Positions 58,358 to 64,000 of a stretch of 64,000 nucleotides of DNA are shown piece after piece. The DNA lies in IMG/VR virus record IMGVR_UViG_3300042889_001272, positions 62,001-126,000 of that record. One strand, 5' to 3'. Within the stretch, counting starts at the first letter, position 1, and each line of letters starts with the position of its first letter. The notes beneath the pieces were generated by a model. The model did not search any database, had not been told where the DNA came from, and was given only the letters and a program-made list of their open reading frames with translations. The position numbers were made by a program, and so were the translations under genes.

Positions 58358-59423
58358 AGTATTTTTAGTTGATTTAGAAGCAGTTAGCACTCGCTATACT
58401 GGACAGTGGAAAGATCACGTTCCACAATTACTTAAAGAGGCAGGACACGATGTCAACATTATATCAGGTCCTACGGACATTCCTAGTGCTACCACTCCTG
58501 GGGCATTTCTCAACTTTGGCGGAACTAATATCTACAAGGCTAGTCAAGTTGAACAATTGGGTCGTTTATTTTGTAACGGAACCATTCGCTCAGGTGATCA
58601 CTTTATCTTTACTGATGCTTGGCATCCGGGCATTATAAATCTAAAGTACATGAGTGAGTTGTTGGGTATTCCAGTAACCACACATGGACTGTGGCATGCT
58701 GGCAGTTATGATCCTCAAGACTTTCTCGGACGCTTAGTTGGAGATAAACCTTGGGTAAGGCATGCAGAGAAAAGTTTTTACCATGCGTTTGATCACAACT
58801 ACTTTGCCACAGACTTTCACATTGATATGTTCTGCTTAAATCTATTACGAACCTCATCGGGTTTTTATAAAGACTGGATCAATAGTGGAAAGATTGTTCG
58901 TACCGGTTGGCCCATGGAGTATATGGAAGATACGTTAACAATGTATAAGAACATGACCAAACGTGATCTTATTTTGTTTCCACATCGCATTGCTCCAGAA
59001 AAACAAGTTGAGATATTCCGAGACTTAGCTACACACTTACCACAATATGAATTTGTAGTGTGTCAAGATCAGCAACTTACCAAGCACCAGTACCATACAT
59101 TATTGAGTCAAGCTAAGATGGTGTTTAGTTGTAGTCTACAAGAGACATTAGGCATTGGATGTTACGAAGGTGCTGTAGTAGATGCTATCCCAATGGTACC
59201 AGATAGACTTAGTTATACAGAAATGTATTTTGATACATTTAAATATAAGAGTGAATGGACAGAGTCTTGGGATGCTTACAATGTCTATCGTCCAGACTTA
59301 TGTCGTGCTATTATTACCCACATGGATTATTACAATACTAGATTACAGCAACTTAAAGAACAAGCAAGTTATTTGACTATGAATTTCTTTAGCGCGAAAG
59401 ATTTATTAAATAATTTAAAATGA
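58350..59423 (+). CDS. GT-B glycosyltransferase
   Basis: FTDAWHP, GLWHAGSYD, FPHRIAPEKQ, LQETLGIGCYEG, PMVPDRLSYTE (GT4-like ExFG..xE signature). Confidence 0.75.
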   Translation: MSKVFLVDLEAVSTRYTGQWKDHVPQLLKEAGHDVNIISGPTDIPSATTPGAFLNFGGTNIYKASQVEQLGRLFCNGTIRSGDHFIFTDAWHPGIINLKYMSELLGIPVTTHGLWHAGSYDPQDFLGRLVGDKPWVRHAEKSFYHAFDHNYFATDFHIDMFCLNLLRTSSGFYKDWINSGKIVRTGWPMEYMEDTLTMYKNMTKRDLILFPHRIAPEKQVEIFRDLATHLPQYEFVVCQDQQLTKHQYHTLLSQAKMVFSCSLQETLGIGCYEGAVVDAIPMVPDRLSYTEMYFDTFKYKSEWTESWDAYNVYRPDLCRAIITHMDYYNTRLQQLKEQASYLTMNFFSAKDLLNNLK

Positions 59424-60328
59424 TTTATACTAGCCAAGATAATTGGTATAAATGGAGTTATGGCGACACTCTTTGGGGCAGGCAAGTCGGCAACTTAAAA
59501 TGGAATACCAGTTACAAATGTACAAATGTACAGCATGTTGGTTCGTTTAAAGAAGAAATGTTGGCGGCTGCTCGCAGTACAATGGACCACTTTAGTGGAT
59601 TAAAGCCATGTGTACATTTTAGTGGAGGCTTGGATAGTGAGTTGGTGTTACGTTCATATATCAATATAGGTGCTGATCCTATTGTAAACATCTTTAGGTT
59701 TGAAGATCACATCAATGAATATGACGTAAGTTATGCTATTGTTATATGCGAAATACTTGACGTAAAGTATAATATTATTGATTTTAATATTAAAAAGTTT
59801 TTTGAAAATGATGCTGAATCTATTAGTGATATATCGCAAATAGACAGGCCACGGGGACTTCCTCAATTAAAGTTTTTAGATTATACTGAAGGATTTTCTG
59901 TTTTAGGTATTGGCGATCCGAGATGGACTCGTAGTGTAAAAGATAATACTCCTTGGATATTACTCGATCAAGAGCATGATACTGGATGGGACAAATATAT
60001 TTTATACAAAGACATTCCTGCTATTGCACAATGGTTTAAATGGACTCCTGAATTGGTACTAGCATATACTGAACTAGATTGGTTTAAGAATCTTGTGATA
60101 AACAACAAGTGGACAGGCAGAGAAGGTGTGACATCTACTAAGATCACAGGATACCGAGAAGCATATCCTGACTTATTACAACGAGATAAAAAAACTGGTA
60201 TGGAACCCGTTGACATTTTAATAAATGAGTTTGAGAAATTTCTAGAAAAGAAAAATAATGGACTGATTTATAGGCAAGTAGTACCCAGGACATTAGAAGA
60301 ACTTAGGAAAGAAATATTAAATGATTAA
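59420..60328 (+). CDS. PP-loop (SGGxDS) ATP pyrophosphatase-like protein
   Basis: VHFSGGLDSELV; otherwise divergent; AT-rich. Confidence 0.5.
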   Translation: MIYTSQDNWYKWSYGDTLWGRQVGNLKWNTSYKCTNVQHVGSFKEEMLAAARSTMDHFSGLKPCVHFSGGLDSELVLRSYINIGADPIVNIFRFEDHINEYDVSYAIVICEILDVKYNIIDFNIKKFFENDAESISDISQIDRPRGLPQLKFLDYTEGFSVLGIGDPRWTRSVKDNTPWILLDQEHDTGWDKYILYKDIPAIAQWFKWTPELVLAYTELDWFKNLVINNKWTGREGVTSTKITGYREAYPDLLQRDKKTGMEPVDILINEFEKFLEKKNNGLIYRQVVPRTLEELRKEILND

Positions 60329-60641
60329 AATACAAAGTTATGGACCAGTGCCGAGCTGGTATCAAGTTGATCAAAGTTATAACCTTCCTAGCATTACCGG
60401 AGTAGTTCAATGGAATGGTGCTAGCAAATGTTTTGAAGTTAGCAACGGTGTTAGTTGGCAACGAATAGATAATACTGTACAAATTAGCAATACTTATGAT
60501 ATGAGTATGATTGCTCAATGGGCAATGAAGAAGATGCAAGAGGAAGAAGAAACTAAGAAACTGCGTAGTAAATACCCAGCACTAGATGAAGCATACAATC
60601 ACTTAGATTTGATTAAAGCATTAGTTACAGAACAAAAATGA
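60321..60641 (+). CDS. Hypothetical protein
   Basis: ORF. Confidence 0.6.
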   Translation: MIKIQSYGPVPSWYQVDQSYNLPSITGVVQWNGASKCFEVSNGVSWQRIDNTVQISNTYDMSMIAQWAMKKMQEEEETKKLRSKYPALDEAYNHLDLIKALVTEQK

Positions 60642-61108
60642 TATTCAATAAAGTTAAAGACTTAAAAGCCAAGGGACTAAAGATAGGAATTACCTTTAGT
60701 ACCTTTGACTTGCTTCACGCTGGACATATTGCTATGTTAGCTGAAGCAAAGAATCACTGCGATTATTTAATCTGCGGCATTCAAACTGACCCTACTATTG
60801 ATAGACCCGACAGCAAGAATCCTCCTGTTCAGAGTATTGTCGAAAGACAAATACAGTTGTCGGCAGTTCGCTATGTTGATGAAACTGTAGTATATCAAAC
60901 TGAAAAAGATTTAGAAGATATTTTACTTACATTGCCTATCGATGTTCGTATCCTAGGCATCGAATACGAACAAAAAGACTTTACTGGTAGAGATATTTGT
61001 TATGATAGAGGCATCGAGTTAATATTCAACAAACGAGATCATAGCTTCAGTTCGAGTAATTTGCGGAAACGTGTAGCACAGGCAGAACTAATCAAGGAAA
61101 TAAAATGA
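60638..61108 (+). CDS. Cytidylyltransferase (TagD/RfaE-like)
   Basis: STFDLLHAGH, YLICGIQTD, PVQSIVER, YVDE, RDHSFSSS. Confidence 0.88.
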   Translation: MIFNKVKDLKAKGLKIGITFSTFDLLHAGHIAMLAEAKNHCDYLICGIQTDPTIDRPDSKNPPVQSIVERQIQLSAVRYVDETVVYQTEKDLEDILLTLPIDVRILGIEYEQKDFTGRDICYDRGIELIFNKRDHSFSSSNLRKRVAQAELIKEIK

Positions 61109-61905
61109 AAATTGGTATTATAGGACATGGATTTGTAGGCAGAGCTATTGCCAATGCACATGATCGGGACAACTTGTTGATCAATGATCCAAAACTATTT
61201 GACAGTGCCAGTATTGAAGAAATCAAAGATAACACAGACTGGATATACATTGCGGTGCCTACACCTATGTCAGACGCAGGTGAATTGGACACTAGTATAT
61301 TAGAAACAGTGCTAGACAGTTTAATTGATTATAAAGGTCTGGTTATTTCTAAATGCACTGCATTGCCTGACTATTACATTTCAGCTAAAAAGCATTATAA
61401 TTTTAGACTCGTGCATGTGCCTGAATTTTTAACTGCTGCCAATGCCAACATAGACTATATGACTCCAGAGATGATTGTCATGGGCGGCGGCATCGACGAC
61501 TGTCATTATTATAAAGACGTTGTGGTACAAGCAGATAAAACAAATACCATGGCAACTAAATTCATTGCCACTGACATTGGAACAGCAAGCGCCATGAAAT
61601 ATTATGCCAATAGTTTCCTAGCAACTAAAGTTGTATTCAACAATCAATTTGCGGCATGGTGTACTAGTCAAGGTATCGATTGGAACAACTTATCTGCTAT
61701 TAGCAAATTAGATAAAAGATTGGGTAATACACATTGGGCGGTGCCGGGCCCTGACGGCATGTTTGGTTATGGCGGATATTGTTTCCCAAAAGATGTCAGT
61801 GCGCTAACACACAGTGAACACGGCGAATCATTGTCTTTATTAAAACATCAATTCGAAGTAAACGAAAAAATTAGGTCTATTAAATCGTTGACAGAACCTA
61901 AATAA
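61105..61905 (+). CDS. UDP-glucose/GDP-mannose dehydrogenase-like (no C-terminal domain)
   Basis: GIIGHGFVG, IAVPTP, VPEFL, MKYYANSFLATKV, GYGGYCFPKD. Confidence 0.82.
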   Translation: MKIGIIGHGFVGRAIANAHDRDNLLINDPKLFDSASIEEIKDNTDWIYIAVPTPMSDAGELDTSILETVLDSLIDYKGLVISKCTALPDYYISAKKHYNFRLVHVPEFLTAANANIDYMTPEMIVMGGGIDDCHYYKDVVVQADKTNTMATKFIATDIGTASAMKYYANSFLATKVVFNNQFAAWCTSQGIDWNNLSAISKLDKRLGNTHWAVPGPDGMFGYGGYCFPKDVSALTHSEHGESLSLLKHQFEVNEKIRSIKSLTEPK

Positions 61906-61916
61906 TACTGTATAAT
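61888..61916 (+). promoter_or_regulatory. sigma70-type promoter with nested TAAATA
   Basis: TTGACA (61888) - 17 nt - TATAAT (61911); TAAATA at 61899. Confidence 0.85.
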
Positions 61917-61963
61917 AATACAATATGGCAACTACCTCTGCCTTAACATAGGAGAAAATTATA

Positions 61964-62794
61964 ATGACAGCAACATTCAAAAAAAACGAATCCATTCATG
62001 GAACTTCCTTTGCGTTTAAAAAAGACAATATTGTCGACTCTACGGAAATCACAACCGTGAATGAAACAGGTCTGGACGCAATGGCAGGCGATGGTGGATA
62101 CCAAGAAGCGTATCTCGGTGATCATCTTCGATTTAAGATGAAACGTGAGGGCAAACGTTTTTGGGCAGGCGATAACATCAGCGATTACCTGCACGAAGGC
62201 GATATAGAAAAACTAATCGACGAAGCAACTCCAGCATTTGAACAAGTGCTAGATAGTTTGCTAATTGATCGTGAGAATGATCCTAACAGTAAAGGTACTG
62301 CAAGACGACTTGCTAAAATGTACTTTAATGAAATTATGGCAGGAAGATATGAACAAGCTCCAGACGCAACAGCATTTCCAAATGATTCGGCAGACCGTTA
62401 TGAAGGCATGCTCGTGGTTCGCAGTGAACTTCGTAGTATGTGTAGTCATCATCACCAACCCGTTACTGGGGTTGCTTATATTGGCATTATCGCGGCAGAG
62501 AAACTGATCGGTCTTAGCAAGTACACTCGTATCGCACAATGGTGTGCTAGGCGTGGTACTTTACAAGAAGAACTTTGCAATGACATTGCCCGTGAGATTA
62601 GCAAAGCTACTGATTCGGAAAACGTAGCTGTGTATATCCAGGCTGTTCATGGATGCTGTGAGAATAGGGGTATTATGGCACATAGCAGTTTGACTCAAAC
62701 TACTGTACTTAAAGGATTCTTTAAAGAAGATCCGGGTGCAAAGAAAGAATTCTTTGATAATATTAAACTACAACAGGAGTTTGCACCAAGATGA
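61964..62794 (+). CDS. folE: GTP cyclohydrolase I
   Basis: TARRLAKMY, SMCSHHHQP, IGLSKYTR, LQEEL, HGCCENRG. Confidence 0.92.
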   Translation: MTATFKKNESIHGTSFAFKKDNIVDSTEITTVNETGLDAMAGDGGYQEAYLGDHLRFKMKREGKRFWAGDNISDYLHEGDIEKLIDEATPAFEQVLDSLLIDRENDPNSKGTARRLAKMYFNEIMAGRYEQAPDATAFPNDSADRYEGMLVVRSELRSMCSHHHQPVTGVAYIGIIAAEKLIGLSKYTRIAQWCARRGTLQEELCNDIAREISKATDSENVAVYIQAVHGCCENRGIMAHSSLTQTTVLKGFFKEDPGAKKEFFDNIKLQQEFAPR

Positions 62795-62994
62795 AAGATC
62801 CAGTAATAGAATCCAAAGCCAATGAATTAAAGTCGTTGGTTGATCAAGTTAATCAAATTATGAGTGATCTACAAGACATGAATGTAGAAGTTAGAATTGC
62901 ATATATTGATAAAAATGAACATAATCCTACTAATGAAAAATTAAGACAGGGCATCAAACTTTGGCGAGTAGAAGAGCACAATGGCTACCTCTAA
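62791..62994 (+). CDS. Hypothetical protein
   Basis: Coupled ORF. Confidence 0.55.
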   Translation: MKDPVIESKANELKSLVDQVNQIMSDLQDMNVEVRIAYIDKNEHNPTNEKLRQGIKLWRVEEHNGYL

Positions 62995-63346
62995 TCCAGG
63001 TTACGGTGCTATTCCACCTGGGCCACCTGGGCCACCTGGGCCACCTGGGCCGCAAGGATTAAGCGGACAGATTCTAACTGCTAATGGTATGAATGGTAGT
63101 AATTGGTCGCCGCAACATACTAATGCTGTTCAAATTGGTAGTCCTGATCCTGTTATTACATTTAAATTAGACGGTGACATCGTAACCAAAGCAGGAACTA
63201 TTACAGCAGATGATTGGATTTCTGTTATCAAAGTTATGAAACAGTTGATCATGGATATGAGCCAAGATGAGGAATTAGTATCTAAATATCCATATATACG
63301 AGATGCGGCACATATATGGATGATTAACAAACTTAAAGGAGAATAA
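62981..63346 (+). CDS. Hypothetical protein with short (PPG)n tract
   Basis: IPPGPPGPPGPPGPQG. Confidence 0.6.
   Translation: MATSNPGYGAIPPGPPGPPGPPGPQGLSGQILTANGMNGSNWSPQHTNAVQIGSPDPVITFKLDGDIVTKAGTITADDWISVIKVMKQLIMDMSQDEELVSKYPYIRDAAHIWMINKLKGE
63014..63051 (+). repeat. Perfect 9-nt tandem repeat
   Basis: (CCACCTGGG)x4 plus CC. Confidence 0.95.
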
Positions 63347-63347
63347 T

Positions 63348-63608
63348 ATGGCAACACGCAAAAAGAAATCAGACAGTATTACTTTAGAAATGCCCGGCAC
63401 TATTGGGGGTGCAAAAATAGTATTTGCAGAACCCACAGTGGTCAAAGGTAGTCATTTAACTGTTACTACTCACTCAGATGGCAAAACTACACTGGCGTGG
63501 GATGACGAAGCATTGCTTAATGATGTACGTGCGGCATTACTAAAAGCAGAGAGTACCATTCCTGCAACCACAGAAACTACACCAAAGCGATCTAAAAAAT
63601 CAAAATAA
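63348..63608 (+). CDS. Hypothetical protein
   Basis: AAGGAG SD; ORF. Confidence 0.65.
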   Translation: MATRKKKSDSITLEMPGTIGGAKIVFAEPTVVKGSHLTVTTHSDGKTTLAWDDEALLNDVRAALLKAESTIPATTETTPKRSKKSK

Positions 63609-63609
63609 A

Positions 63610-63879
63610 ATGCCAGCGGTAAAACATCAGCAGATGAAAACACAACAACTGATTTCTCTTAATTTTTGGGAATCTAAACAATTAGAATATTGGCTGGCTG
63701 ACAATTTTCCAGATTGTCGAGTTCGTTGCCTTTATGATACTTGGTCCGGACATCCAGAAGTAGTCGAATGGTATGCCATAGAAGGTGATATAACAGTTGA
63801 CATGGAGTGCCTTCTGAAGTTAAAATACGGTAACAAATTAAAAAGCTCAAACGCAGGAATAAGACATGGACAAAATTAA
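63610..63879 (+). CDS. Hypothetical protein
   Basis: ORF. Confidence 0.45.
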   Translation: MPAVKHQQMKTQQLISLNFWESKQLEYWLADNFPDCRVRCLYDTWSGHPEVVEWYAIEGDITVDMECLLKLKYGNKLKSSNAGIRHGQN

Positions 63880-64000
63880 AGTAAGCGAAATATTTTACAG
63901 CGCACAAGGCGAAGGTCGCTTTATTGGCGTACCCAGTGTGTTCTTTAGAACATTCGGCTGTAACTTTAAATGTGGCGGCTTTGGCTTGCCCGTAGGTCAA
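63866..64000 (+). CDS. queE: 7-carboxy-7-deazaguanine synthase QueE (3'-truncated by window edge)
   Basis: [36 protein letters not shown]; not in ORF track. Confidence 0.85.
   Translation, partial: MDKIKVSEIFYSAQGEGRFIGVPSVFFRTFGCNFKCGGFGLPVGQ

Overview
A 64 kb segment of an AT-rich, T4-like jumbo phage genome. Nearly all genes are on the + strand; phoH is the only convincing - strand gene. It has sigma70-type early promoters and TAAATA late promoters, and a spanin-like pair implies a diderm host. In order, it contains: (1) a near-complete SUF Fe-S assembly operon (sufB, grxD, sufC, mini-sufD, sufS, sufE, sufT, sufA); (2) a DnaE-like fragment, GroES, clamp loader, PhoH, IF-1, spanins and ClpA; (3) collagen-like fibre and structural genes and a holin; (4) UvsE, MaoC, phasin-like, thermonuclease, ferredoxin-NADP reductase with a structured leader, and a ~450-nt hairpin-rich non-coding region; (5) a ~21 kb array (25.5-46.8 kb) of late genes sharing an N-terminal M-[KR]-x-x-[ED]-like tag resembling T4 capsid-targeting peptides, which encode enzymes and modular polyproteins joined by a DNA-conserved repeat (TGTGGCGGAAGG, encoding VAEG); (6) Dps, PolB and a sliding clamp; (7) a 7-deazaguanine cluster (queD-like, TGT/DpdA-like, folE, queE) interleaved with sugar-modifying enzymes. 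The best candidate for an undescribed system is item 5: in-frame cassettes whose junction looks like both a recombination repeat and a prohead-protease site. All assignments are from motif recognition by eye; no searches were run.
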